DNA of 64,000 nt from a virus: positions 1 to 64,000 of IMG/VR virus record IMGVR_UViG_3300035188_001035; one strand, written 5' to 3'. Made by a program: the position numbers and the translations under genes. This document shows, piece by piece, positions 50,001 through 59,692 of this stretch (positions are counted from its first letter, which is position 1; every line of letters starts with the position of its first letter). The notes under the pieces were generated by a model. It did no database searches. It saw only the letters and a list, made by a program, of their open reading frames with translations, and was not told where the DNA came from.

Positions 50001-50966
50001 CATCATCCGAGCTTTTGTTTCTGTAACAACATTGGCTAAATAATGAACTTGTTCACCAATAACAAATTTATTACTATTCGCATAAATTTCTTCGAATCCG
50101 CGTTCTCCCTTTGTGCAAATACCAGAGGAGAATCCAGCAGATATAATATCTTTTATTGGATTATCATTTGTTGGTATAATAGTTCTATCTATTAGATTAA
50201 TAAATATAGTATATCTTTGGAGTGTAACATAAAAATCACAACCACAAGCATCACATGCCTCACTAATTAAATTTAATAAATTACTTTCAGAATTAGATGT
50301 TCTAGCATATGGTGCTCTAAATAATAATGTATTAATCAACAATTGAAAGTTTAACGATAATCTATATTGTCCATTAGTTGTCACTATACCAGTATTATAT
50401 TGTTGTATAGCGCGTAAAGCATCAACTAGATAAACCTGGTTATCACCAGATGATCTTCCCCAATTGTTACAATTATTAACTCGTGGCCAATTGTGGGTAT
50501 CTTCTCCCGGAGGACACAGTGCAACATCTTTGTGCATCCAAGCGCAAACATTCATAAAGTTATAATTATCTAATGATGGTACTGGACAATAATATCCTTT
50601 TAATAAAACAGATACATACTCTAACATTTTTCTAGGATCAATAACTTGTACCTTATATCTTAATCCATTACTACTTAAACTTTCTGTAGCTGATGTTAGT
50701 ATTCCACCAAAAGATAATCCAGGAGTAGAAGATCCTTGATTAGCATAAACATTAAATAAAACTGGTGTTCCTACTTCTGCTATTTGACCCGCTCCTTGAC
50801 CAGCACAAGGATCAACAACCAATTCCATATCCAAAGTTGATGATGCCGCACCTATGCCTAATACTAGACTAAAATTACTTAGCCATAAATTACTGGATAC
50901 AACTTGTCCACCAGATGGTGTTGTAAATGTAAATAGGGCGCTCCTAGAATCACATTTCGTTGGCAT
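47055..50966 (-). CDS. Large tail/baseplate hub-like virion protein
   Basis: 1303 aa, downstream of the tape measure gene. N-terminal STLDMELV.D...V.DPR hub-like region, acidic/PT linker, RGPLVL.AWGYD.DG and DLRFDRKRGVW motifs. Confidence 0.55.
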   Translation of the reverse strand: MPTKCDSRSALFTFTTPSGGQVVSSNLWLSNFSLVLGIGAASSTLDMELVVDPCAGQGAGQIAEVGTPVLFNVYANQGSSTPGLSFGGILTSATESLSSNGLRYKVQVIDPRKMLEYVSVLLKGYYCPVPSLDNYNFMNVCAWMHKDVALCPPGEDTHNWPRVNNCNNWGRSSGDNQVYLVDALRAIQQYNTGIVTTNGQYRLSLNFQLLINTLLFRAPYARTSNSESNLLNLISEACDACGCDFYVTLQRYTIFINLIDRTIIPTNDNPIKDIISAGFSSGICTKGERGFEEIYANSNKFVIGEQVHYLANVVTETKARMMLGYDLTGFPIQVDGINFTVPINTSPIAAIINGFPPMFTISEEEILFTGSSEMWKLYGIICNENNKQSLSGTLINLLGLGQVNLRRVLDAFNALQGFANNGNVNGFARAMDDISGISTAFSAAVNVVLYERAYAWFQQFIKTWYGRYWLVPVNTICAHAPYGLYGGMASDNTSVSLSDVPVEAGYGTPANRMGLIDPSLFITQDGKVNGFGMISAAGSRKRRIGAFDIDFIISKDFSDNNYVYQPTNNMIYGSLTTTGQVYNNPQTNTNDVVIQTPFLGLTVNADNRIKTQGLRALAAMLGMAQNVTDFISNHQQGIKGATRKTAINIFKLENAAAMYYAVNIPMKSNIYVYGPWVGSQGQIGSTEIVKTDLSPWAYGDYAGMNTVGTALSNAGLRFTNKTESGSVTLAEPPAYSIGVFRNTIATIKSINVNYNEGGVTSDYSFQVYSAKFGQYAKALSDEVQKANKERNRILDIIRTQRKNSLIMVAETRKAIAQRLKDLGIQEILSRVASPNVSASPSSLLIGGYYDAILEEEDNGGGGGEENNEPTPTPTPTPNNECTPSIAINLDGICDSSFDQCEEEQQPEEEEEEDTSEEDSSSSTTRKNYEMGLNTLKEVESAVTGDAVYNMALMSLDGLISPVSIKGRKYRLSPYFQSWDQDDENSSTNKKNSGSKGLPINQKYLNPILSKKLLEEWDSRGESDSTNILMLSFGEDIADIKSSHDPDRYDDHDDFGFCALRGPLVLQAWGYDTDGKPIPNSTDIQIDTEKGIFNNSGLADKFMDNWLANPRTWPVAPIDLRFDRKRGVWVAGGDSNKIVIAQLTERIDPMCSGEAKLAGSGCNFINVKDYLGKTYYKGSKIYAKLHENNEYIIMEHVSSAPLLVTGTADNDFTSNTASGISVNVDHSMSSECILGSTLINDVRNPLGYGAAAGDLVTMYLICDSSLGGDESASDCPGGTYMIIGTGSPPLFSTTEECLDDGGPP

Positions 50967-50979
50967 AATATAATTCCTT

Positions 50980-53430
50980 CTAACTAATATTTAGTTTATT
51001 TTGATATTCAGTAAATATTAAATTTACTAATTCATTAGAATTATTATTTAGAATAATCCTAGTCTCATTCTGATATAATAAATTATCCGCTAGATAAGTA
51101 TCATCTCCTTTAATTATATATACACCCGGTATTAAATTAGTAAAAGTAGTATCTTCATTAAATGAATTATAATAATTTTTTGGACCAATAATAGCACATT
51201 GTGTATTTTGTGGACTAATTTTAACAGATAGGGTCAGTCCTTCTGATTCTATAGTATTAATTTCACCAAGGCTGGTAGACTCATAAGAGGATCCACCAAA
51301 CAATGATTTGACCCAAGTTGATATAATAAAAGAGTTTTCTAATGTGTCTGTAAGGACACTAGGAATAAAAGTATTGTTTTGGTTACCTATGTAAACTAAG
51401 ATATCACCATATTTTATCAAGTCTAAAATTGATCTATTATAAATGGTCAAGACCTGTTGCATATTTAAAAAATGATTATCATAATCTATAGTATTATTAT
51501 TAAAGCTTAAATATTTTGGAATATTATTAAATCTATCTTTAATTCTAACAATCATATATCTTTCATCTAAATTTGAAACATATTGAGTATCTTTAATAAG
51601 ATTATTTTCAAATAAAATATTTTTCAATTCAGAATCTGTTGAATTAAAAGTATAATATTCTATAGAATAAATATTATTTAATGATTCTTCTGGTGTGAAG
51701 AATGTGCTTTGGCCCTGAATATCTAAACTAATTTCACCAGTATGTTTAGGATCTGTTATACTATATATATAAATATTATTATAGTTATTTGAGTTATTAA
51801 TAACTTTGATTAATTGTTTAATGTGCTGTAAATAGTTAAAAGAATTTGGATATATATCACATATAATATTATTAATATCTATATTATAAGTTAGTAAATT
51901 AAATTTTTGTAAAAAATTAATTGTAGTATCATAAGATAATGGTGAATATAGATTTTTTAATATGCTGGTAGATATTTCTTCTATGATAATATCATTATCT
52001 GTTGAAGAACCGATAGCAATACCAGCACAACCACCGTTAAAAAATTCTCGATATCCGGTACCGTTTATAATCAGGCTTCCCTTAATCAAACTAGGATTGT
52101 CACTATCAATTTCATTAGATTTTAATCCTAGTGTCATGTCAAAAGATTCTTTTGTTTTTAAATTCAACAAAGATACCACAGAAGATGGATCCTGTACTCC
52201 TGGTGAAATATGAAAATAATAAAACCATTCATTAGAATTGTTTCCTAATTTTAATAATTCAATAGTACCATCAGTAATAGAATATTTATCTAACATATTT
52301 CTAACAACAAGAAACTCATTTTGCACACCATTAATATTAAAATATATACTACTATTAATTGACAAATTTTGTATGGTTTGCCAAAGAGTAGAGTTTTGTA
52401 CAATATATTTATATGGTATCAGTACTGTATCAAATATATCTCTTGTTAAAACTAAATTCTTAGTAACGATTGGATTGTCTGGTTGAAGTCTAATATTAAT
52501 ATTCATTGGACTAATATTAGGTATAATAAAAGACGATTCTAATGAACACCGATTATCAAGTGGTGACGGATTCACATACATTGTATAATTACCGGGTGGA
52601 AAAGCATTATAGAATTTATAATGATATGTCTTTTTATCATAATTATTAATTTGTGTATTAGTAATATCTTGGTATTGAATATAATCTGTAGATGGTCCTA
52701 ATGGTCCAGACTGATTAGTGTAGAAATTAAAAGAATCAACACTTGTAATTTCTGTCACAAAAGGATTATTAAATTTAGAATATACATATGTTTGTTCTGT
52801 AGTATTATTAATAAATTTTAAATCAAACGGACCGTATCCAGTAAGCTTGAATTCTAGTGAGCCATAGGAATCATATAGAGCTGGTGGATATATATTATCG
52901 TATTGAATACTGATAGTATCATTTTTAACAGTAAACTCTGTGCCGGTAACAGAACAATTATTGCTATCTATAATCGTGGGTAGGTATGTTCCGGGAATTA
53001 AGTTATCTATAGTAAAAACATCATTATTATTGATAGTTGTTGTAGAATCTCCGAGAATAACTCTATATGGACTAATTCCTCCAATAATTTGAGCTTTATA
53101 ATATCCATTATTAAAACAACTATACTCTGATTGTTGTATTTCATTCAAAATTAATTCATCTGGTGATTCTATAGATATTGTTGTTATTGAACTATATGTA
53201 TTATCAATTAAACTTTTGAGTTTGTATGAATAAGTTCCATTCGATAAATTAAACACTTTTCTGGTATCATTAGAGATTTGATTAGCTGAAATATTATTTG
53301 ACCACTCCACAACATACGAAGCAAATGATACTATTTCTGCTTGGTTTGTAAATTGAATAGATGTTATTCTTATCGATCCGCTACTATTACTATAGCATTT
53401 ATTATCTGTTTTAATATATTTTGTGATCAT
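50980..53430 (-). CDS. Virion protein with SprB/Ig-like beta repeats
   Basis: NLSNGTY, GGISPY, L.PGTY...I.DSNNC. Confidence 0.5.
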   Translation of the reverse strand: MITKYIKTDNKCYSNSSGSIRITSIQFTNQAEIVSFASYVVEWSNNISANQISNDTRKVFNLSNGTYSYKLKSLIDNTYSSITTISIESPDELILNEIQQSEYSCFNNGYYKAQIIGGISPYRVILGDSTTTINNNDVFTIDNLIPGTYLPTIIDSNNCSVTGTEFTVKNDTISIQYDNIYPPALYDSYGSLEFKLTGYGPFDLKFINNTTEQTYVYSKFNNPFVTEITSVDSFNFYTNQSGPLGPSTDYIQYQDITNTQINNYDKKTYHYKFYNAFPPGNYTMYVNPSPLDNRCSLESSFIIPNISPMNINIRLQPDNPIVTKNLVLTRDIFDTVLIPYKYIVQNSTLWQTIQNLSINSSIYFNINGVQNEFLVVRNMLDKYSITDGTIELLKLGNNSNEWFYYFHISPGVQDPSSVVSLLNLKTKESFDMTLGLKSNEIDSDNPSLIKGSLIINGTGYREFFNGGCAGIAIGSSTDNDIIIEEISTSILKNLYSPLSYDTTINFLQKFNLLTYNIDINNIICDIYPNSFNYLQHIKQLIKVINNSNNYNNIYIYSITDPKHTGEISLDIQGQSTFFTPEESLNNIYSIEYYTFNSTDSELKNILFENNLIKDTQYVSNLDERYMIVRIKDRFNNIPKYLSFNNNTIDYDNHFLNMQQVLTIYNRSILDLIKYGDILVYIGNQNNTFIPSVLTDTLENSFIISTWVKSLFGGSSYESTSLGEINTIESEGLTLSVKISPQNTQCAIIGPKNYYNSFNEDTTFTNLIPGVYIIKGDDTYLADNLLYQNETRIILNNNSNELVNLIFTEYQNKLNIS

Positions 53431-53439
53431 AATTAGCTT

Positions 53440-54903
53440 TTATCCGCATTTAATAAATTCTGTAGTTTTGCTATAAGTATATTTTCCTTCAGTTCTTTTA
53501 TTTTTTAATTGCCACCAACTATTATATGGGGCTATTGCTGTTAACCAATAATTATCAACGCACTCTATTAGTGTTGGCATTTTGGTAGTATCACAATTTT
53601 TTAAACTACCTCTTATAGTTACAGTAGCTCTATGAGGAGTATCCGCAACAACCTGTACTATAGCTTTATTACTATAAGGAATAGGTATTTCAATAGCCCT
53701 ATAAACAGGTAATGATTCATCCACACTTAATTCGATAGAACCATCTCCCACAGGATCACAACTATTAATATCATCAAATTGAGCACTAAAAGTTATTTCT
53801 CCGTTTACTGGCGATTTATTTAAAGAGCTGGATATTCTTTGATAGCAATACTGGAAACCCGAAGATGGACACGGATTTAAGGTTAATACACAATTACCAG
53901 CGATACCATTCAGGGCGACAAAATCACTTGATGGCCAAGTTCCATTAATTAATAATGGTTGTAATTGATTTAATGCTTGTAATGCATTGGCGTACCTTTC
54001 TTCTGTACAACTTTTATTATCTAATATATCTGTAGTAGCACTAGATAATCCTTTAATAGTTCCGCTAATGTTTCTGAAACGTTGATTTTTAACTTGATCT
54101 TTTTTATCTTCTGTATTAATATCAACAAATGCATATGGTGCGCATGATCCTTGGCTAACATACATATCGAATGACCATGATACTAAACCATTACCAGTAT
54201 TAATATCTAAAGATTTTGTATCTAACCATTTTGACCATCCGCTATATTTTCCTATAGGGTGTGACGAATCACACGCATTTAAAGCCATTAATGCTTTGGC
54301 TCTTTCTTTTATAATATCAATAGAATTTTGAATACCATTATATGATGGTATGCCACACACATCTCTACCATAAGAAGCAACATTAAGTCTTCCAGATATT
54401 TTAATATAGCTTTTAGATACCCCCATAATTTGATCAACAGAACCAAGGTTATTAACCTCTCCAATAATTTGAATGTTTTCATCATATTCTAATAAAAACA
54501 AAGCTTTAGTTATACATGTTTGTCTTAGAAAATCAGGGTCCGGATTAACTGCTGGTGATCCATCTACAGTTTCTATAGCTATTTGTATAGTATAATTTGC
54601 AGTATATGGTTGATCACCCATAGTAATGTCAACACTGCGTATTCTGCCATTACCATTCAAAAAATCGCTACCACCAGAACATCCTATCATTAAATTAATA
54701 CAACTATAATTAGTTTGATAAGTATTTAATTCAGCAATTTTTTGTTTAATATTTTTATCTACAAGTGTTCCACTCAAAGTAACAATTAGAAAACCACCAA
54801 TAGTATGTTCTCCAGCTTTTGTATATTCATACGATGTATTTACGAATGGTGCTGGTCGTAAACTAGTGCCATTTAAAAATACAGAATCAAATTTAGAACT
54901 CAT
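53440..54903 (-). CDS. Tail-associated protein (paralog of 54916..56394)
   Basis: Shares YA.VD, R.I.G.I.GL and KS...G.I.F motifs with the neighbouring gene; lies in the tail region. Confidence 0.55.
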   Translation of the reverse strand: MSSKFDSVFLNGTSLRPAPFVNTSYEYTKAGEHTIGGFLIVTLSGTLVDKNIKQKIAELNTYQTNYSCINLMIGCSGGSDFLNGNGRIRSVDITMGDQPYTANYTIQIAIETVDGSPAVNPDPDFLRQTCITKALFLLEYDENIQIIGEVNNLGSVDQIMGVSKSYIKISGRLNVASYGRDVCGIPSYNGIQNSIDIIKERAKALMALNACDSSHPIGKYSGWSKWLDTKSLDINTGNGLVSWSFDMYVSQGSCAPYAFVDINTEDKKDQVKNQRFRNISGTIKGLSSATTDILDNKSCTEERYANALQALNQLQPLLINGTWPSSDFVALNGIAGNCVLTLNPCPSSGFQYCYQRISSSLNKSPVNGEITFSAQFDDINSCDPVGDGSIELSVDESLPVYRAIEIPIPYSNKAIVQVVADTPHRATVTIRGSLKNCDTTKMPTLIECVDNYWLTAIAPYNSWWQLKNKRTEGKYTYSKTTEFIKCG

Positions 54904-54915
54904 ATTATCTCCAAT

Positions 54916-56394
54916 TTATACTGTACATTGTTGTAAATAATCTTTTTTAAGAGTTAAGCTATTTAGTGTTCTATTGATATTGTTATTAACAATAATAAAT
55001 CCTGTACCATCTCCACCACCTTGAAGATTAACAGTATCTGTTGCCTTGCCTATGTATTGTTCTATTAGCTTTTGTAGTTTATTTTTTAAATCATTGATAA
55101 TACAAGAGTCAAATGCAGCACAAGAATTTCCATTGGACGATAAAGATGCTGTAAACTCATATTTAAGAGGTCTGAATGTTTTTAAGTCTTGTAATAGTGT
55201 TCCATACATCGGAATAATATGTTCAACAACTATTGGCTCTCGATAATTAATATCAACTGTTAAATCAGTTCTAAATCCATTTTCTTCGCACGAATCGACA
55301 GTAGACCAATCGAAAGTAAAAGAAATAGAGCCATCAACTCTAGATTTAGATATTGTTGATGCAGAAGGTTTGATACAAAGAGCATTATCCAGTGTGGTGG
55401 TTTCGCAGGCTGTGATAGGGTTATTAGGACAATTTGGCTGTTTGATCAAAGATAATTCTGAACCTTCCCATGAACTTAAATTAGAGAATCTATTTTTAAT
55501 AACAGCTAATACAGAATCAGCATTAGCTAGTTTGGAATCCGTACAAGTATCAGACAAGTCTATTAGATCTGACCATGATACGGATATCAGACCATTAATA
55601 TTCCCTGTTATTGATCTTTTTTCGGTTTTATCTTGATAGTTTTTATTGTTTGCAAAAGTTAAATCTACTAGAGCATACTTTTGTGTGGAGCATTGAGGAA
55701 TCAGGATAATGGAAGCAGAAAAGGACACGGATCCATCTATATTAGTATCCATGCTTCTAGTTTGTAATAATTTAGTCCATGTTTTATATTCGCTAAATAT
55801 TTCATGTTGTGGTCCAAATTTTACTAGTTTACGCAAAACAGTCATGGCTTTTTTAAACGTATCGCCATCATCATTACATACTGGCTGACATTTAATATTT
55901 ATTTTATTAGTAAATCTTACAAAAGTTTTAGAAAATTCTCCATTATTGTATAAATAACCATGGGAATCCTCACCTAATTCTATCTCTTCTGATTGATCTA
56001 AACTAGTTACACAATCAGATGCTACTATTCCTAAAGTATTTGGTGGTATAGTATCAATTTTACTTTTAAGTTCTATACTATAAGCACCAAGATTAATCCA
56101 TGCAGGATCAGCTCCCTGCTCTATATTAACATTAATTATTCTTGCCAAACCAGAATAAAATGAATCAAGGGTAACAGTAATGCACTGTGAGTCCCGACCA
56201 ATATTTCTTATATTTTGTAGTTTACTCATAACCTGACTGCCGGTGATAGAGCCGTCATCAGAAACACTAACAGTACCAGTAACAGTATAAGATACTGAAC
56301 CTCCTATAATTTCCCCTGATCGTGTTCTATAGTATTCTGGTCTACTTGTTACTTTAGCATCTTCTAATAATATTCCTGCTATAGTTACTGCCAT
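54916..56394 (-). CDS. Tail-associated protein (paralog of 53440..54903)
   Basis: Similar size (492 vs 487 aa) and the same shared motifs. Confidence 0.55.
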   Translation of the reverse strand: MAVTIAGILLEDAKVTSRPEYYRTRSGEIIGGSVSYTVTGTVSVSDDGSITGSQVMSKLQNIRNIGRDSQCITVTLDSFYSGLARIINVNIEQGADPAWINLGAYSIELKSKIDTIPPNTLGIVASDCVTSLDQSEEIELGEDSHGYLYNNGEFSKTFVRFTNKINIKCQPVCNDDGDTFKKAMTVLRKLVKFGPQHEIFSEYKTWTKLLQTRSMDTNIDGSVSFSASIILIPQCSTQKYALVDLTFANNKNYQDKTEKRSITGNINGLISVSWSDLIDLSDTCTDSKLANADSVLAVIKNRFSNLSSWEGSELSLIKQPNCPNNPITACETTTLDNALCIKPSASTISKSRVDGSISFTFDWSTVDSCEENGFRTDLTVDINYREPIVVEHIIPMYGTLLQDLKTFRPLKYEFTASLSSNGNSCAAFDSCIINDLKNKLQKLIEQYIGKATDTVNLQGGGDGTGFIIVNNNINRTLNSLTLKKDYLQQCTV

Positions 56395-56417
56395 AGTCCT
56401 TGTCCTTATAATAAATT

Positions 56418-59400
56418 TTAATTATTGCTTGAACTAATTGTTATCCAATTATCATTACCAGCGTGAACTAATGATATGTTTGTTGATGGTGCTAAACTTG
56501 TTAATTCTGTGCCATATCCGCTTTTTCTTATAAATATATAAAAACCAGTATCTCTATTTACTATAGTAAATTTTTTACCCATATATAGTCCGGTACCATT
56601 AGGTAAATATAATATAGCTGGATTAACAGTTGGAGTTAAAAATTGATATTCTGCATCGTTTGCGGATAAGTATGTAGATGCTCCAGATAAAGAACCAGAA
56701 GTTGCTAGGTTTTCATATCTTAATCTACTATTATTTATGGTGTCGGTACTATCTGTCTGGTAAATCATTTTATGAATTGAACTAGTGCCAGTTGGCATAG
56801 TAGTTGGAGTTATATTTGTACCTGTTGGTGTTGATAATGAATTAATAATAACTCCACTATTTAATATAACACCACTATTAAACGAAGATATTCCATAGAT
56901 ATTTACGGCTCCACTTACACTAATACCAGATGCAATTTGTGCATTACTAACAGTGATATTGGTAAATATACCAGAAACAAATGTGCTTGTACCAGAACTC
57001 ACTATGCCCGATGAAAATATTCCAGTGCCGCCTGCAATATTTATACCTGAATAAAAGGTTGCAGATCCCGAACTAATAATACCAGAAGCAAATGTTCCTG
57101 TTCCTATTACAATAATATTATCATCAAAAGTAAATTCATCATCAGAATAAAAATATATTCCAGTAGACTTTACTAATAATCCATTAGTGTTATTAGCAAA
57201 AATATGTATTCCGCTATTGCCTACTACGGTGCGATTATGTCCAATTACAATATTATCTGTTCCGCTAGCACTGGAGTTCATACCATGAATAATATTATTT
57301 AATCCTGTTGCATATGATTCTATACCACAAACTATATTATTTAAACCAGAGACTGATGATGATTGTCCAAAAATAATTCCGCCAGAACCATATATACTAT
57401 TATTATAGCCAACGATAACACCTGTCTCTTCGATATCTGCATAGTTACCATTACCGACAGCAAATACACTAGCAAAAAATGAAGAATTATCAAGAGTATT
57501 ACTTCTGCCAACAGCAACAGATCCATTTGCAACAACAGTATTATTCTCTCCTATAGCTACAGAATAATCTCCATGAGCACCATTATCATAGCCCATACTA
57601 ACACTATATAGGCCACTACTAGTATTATTATTACCAAGTGCTATTGCATAATTTTCATATGCATTATTATTGTTTCCCAATAGAACTATACCAGTAGCTA
57701 TAACTCCTGATGTAAGTGCGTTCATATTAGAACCAACCACCAGAGCACCACTACCAGAGCAAGAGATGTCTCGACCTAATAAAATATTATTTGTTCCACT
57801 ACTATTGATATCTGTACCATATACTATATTACCACTATTAGTAATAGCATTATTTAATCCATAAACGATATTTGTTCCACTAACACTATTATATCCTACA
57901 GAACAGGTATTTTTACCTAAATCAATAACTCCTGATTTATTGCCATCTACCAATACAAAAACTTGATATTTACTATTTTCTAATCCTGAAGTTAATGCTG
58001 TTACATTATTACGTAATAATAAACCAGTAGTTGGCATATTAGAACTATTCATAAAAACGAAACCAATAGTTTCGTTGATTCCACTAGACAGAATACTAGT
58101 ATTTATAAGATTAAAATTGATATCACTATTAACACTAGTGTTATAGCTAATGTCTCCGGATTGACTTATTTTAATATACTTTGTATTATCATAACAAAGA
58201 TATGTAGAATTGGATCCGCTAGCAGATATTCCTGATCCTCCAATAATCCAAATATTTGTGCCAGATACTGAATGATCATTGCCTATAATACCACAATAAG
58301 TTGAACCAGAAGACAACACATTATCATTACCTAATAGTATGCTGTTTTGTGCGGATGACGAGTTATTGGATCCTACTTGTATATTTTGTCCTATATTATC
58401 AGAGAATGTTCCTATAACTATACCATCAGTATTATCATTATCTGATCCTACTGTTAAACCGTCTGTTGAAATAATAAGATTGTCTTTTACTATACCATTA
58501 TCATAAATTGAAGCTTTAATAGCAGACTTTTCTGATCCTGCTGTTGCAGAATCGATGTACGCTGATAATTGAACGTATGGTACTCCATTATTACTAGTAT
58601 TAAGTCCGGAAAAAACTAGAGCGCCAATTCGATCATTACTAATATTTCCACTAGTACTACTATTATGAATTGATAGTTCAGGACCAGTACCACTACTTTC
58701 TATAGTTAGTCCATTAGTTTCTGAAGTTTTAATATGAACAGTATCAAGAGGATTAGAATTATTAATACCAATATTATTGGTGCTAGCATCAATAAATAAT
58801 AAATGGGTTAATCCACTACCCTCTATTCTAAAATCTTTATCCAGTGACTGTTCATTGAATACTACTGTGCCGCCAGAAATCGGTATAATAACATCCGCTG
58901 TTACAAGATTACCCGTTCCACCTATTTGTAATGAAGAATTTGAACTATTCCAATTTAATGCTGCTACTCCGCTAAAAGCTTGATTATTAACAATCTGAAT
59001 AGTACCATCTATACCATAAGCGGATGTAGAGTCTTGAATAGGATCTAAAAATAACCAGCCACTTTGTGATGGTACAGAAACTAATTGTATATAGTCATTA
59101 AGAATTGATAATGAATCTGATGAATTGCCATTAACAGTTTCTGTGCCGTATGGTAAAAACTCCACAGCATTTGCTTGTTCGTATTGACCACCTATAGTTT
59201 GATTTAAAAGAAATCCTAAAATGATAGGATCTTCTCCGACTACTGTGGGTAACGAAACCTGTACGTTAGATGATGATGCATCAATAATATACGTGGTAGG
59301 TATATAGTCAGCAGTAAAATTAGCTGATTTTGATTCTACATTATTAAATGATGTATTGACTCTATCTTGACTAATAATAGTTTCTATGAACTTGGTACCA

Positions 59401-59675
59401 CCAGAAAATGATACTAAATTATTGCTACTGCTTGAAGCTATTACAGTTTGTCTAACTAATTGATCTATGCCTCCACTACTCGATATATATCCTGTGCCTA
59501 TTTCCCATTCAAAATCATTATCTATTCTATAGATATAATAAGATAATAAATTATTGGCACCTATTACATCAGAAAAACTTCTATAACCAGTAATAGCGCC
59601 AGATAATACAAGATTACCTGTTCCATTAGTTGTTGATGATTCTTTTACTCTATTAGCGTAGTATTTAATTGACAT
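56418..59675 (-). CDS. Tail fibre/spike with YadA-head-like beta-roll repeats
   Basis: N-terminal RVKESSTT.GTG...WEIGTG fibre anchor; many 14-aa (S/A)(I/V)A(I/L)G..N repeats. Confidence 0.7.
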   Translation of the reverse strand: MSIKYYANRVKESSTTNGTGNLVLSGAITGYRSFSDVIGANNLLSYYIYRIDNDFEWEIGTGYISSSGGIDQLVRQTVIASSSSNNLVSFSGGTKFIETIISQDRVNTSFNNVESKSANFTADYIPTTYIIDASSSNVQVSLPTVVGEDPIILGFLLNQTIGGQYEQANAVEFLPYGTETVNGNSSDSLSILNDYIQLVSVPSQSGWLFLDPIQDSTSAYGIDGTIQIVNNQAFSGVAALNWNSSNSSLQIGGTGNLVTADVIIPISGGTVVFNEQSLDKDFRIEGSGLTHLLFIDASTNNIGINNSNPLDTVHIKTSETNGLTIESSGTGPELSIHNSSTSGNISNDRIGALVFSGLNTSNNGVPYVQLSAYIDSATAGSEKSAIKASIYDNGIVKDNLIISTDGLTVGSDNDNTDGIVIGTFSDNIGQNIQVGSNNSSSAQNSILLGNDNVLSSGSTYCGIIGNDHSVSGTNIWIIGGSGISASGSNSTYLCYDNTKYIKISQSGDISYNTSVNSDINFNLINTSILSSGINETIGFVFMNSSNMPTTGLLLRNNVTALTSGLENSKYQVFVLVDGNKSGVIDLGKNTCSVGYNSVSGTNIVYGLNNAITNSGNIVYGTDINSSGTNNILLGRDISCSGSGALVVGSNMNALTSGVIATGIVLLGNNNNAYENYAIALGNNNTSSGLYSVSMGYDNGAHGDYSVAIGENNTVVANGSVAVGRSNTLDNSSFFASVFAVGNGNYADIEETGVIVGYNNSIYGSGGIIFGQSSSVSGLNNIVCGIESYATGLNNIIHGMNSSASGTDNIVIGHNRTVVGNSGIHIFANNTNGLLVKSTGIYFYSDDEFTFDDNIIVIGTGTFASGIISSGSATFYSGINIAGGTGIFSSGIVSSGTSTFVSGIFTNITVSNAQIASGISVSGAVNIYGISSFNSGVILNSGVIINSLSTPTGTNITPTTMPTGTSSIHKMIYQTDSTDTINNSRLRYENLATSGSLSGASTYLSANDAEYQFLTPTVNPAILYLPNGTGLYMGKKFTIVNRDTGFYIFIRKSGYGTELTSLAPSTNISLVHAGNDNWITISSSNN

Positions 59676-59692
59676 GTTAATTAATTTTACTC

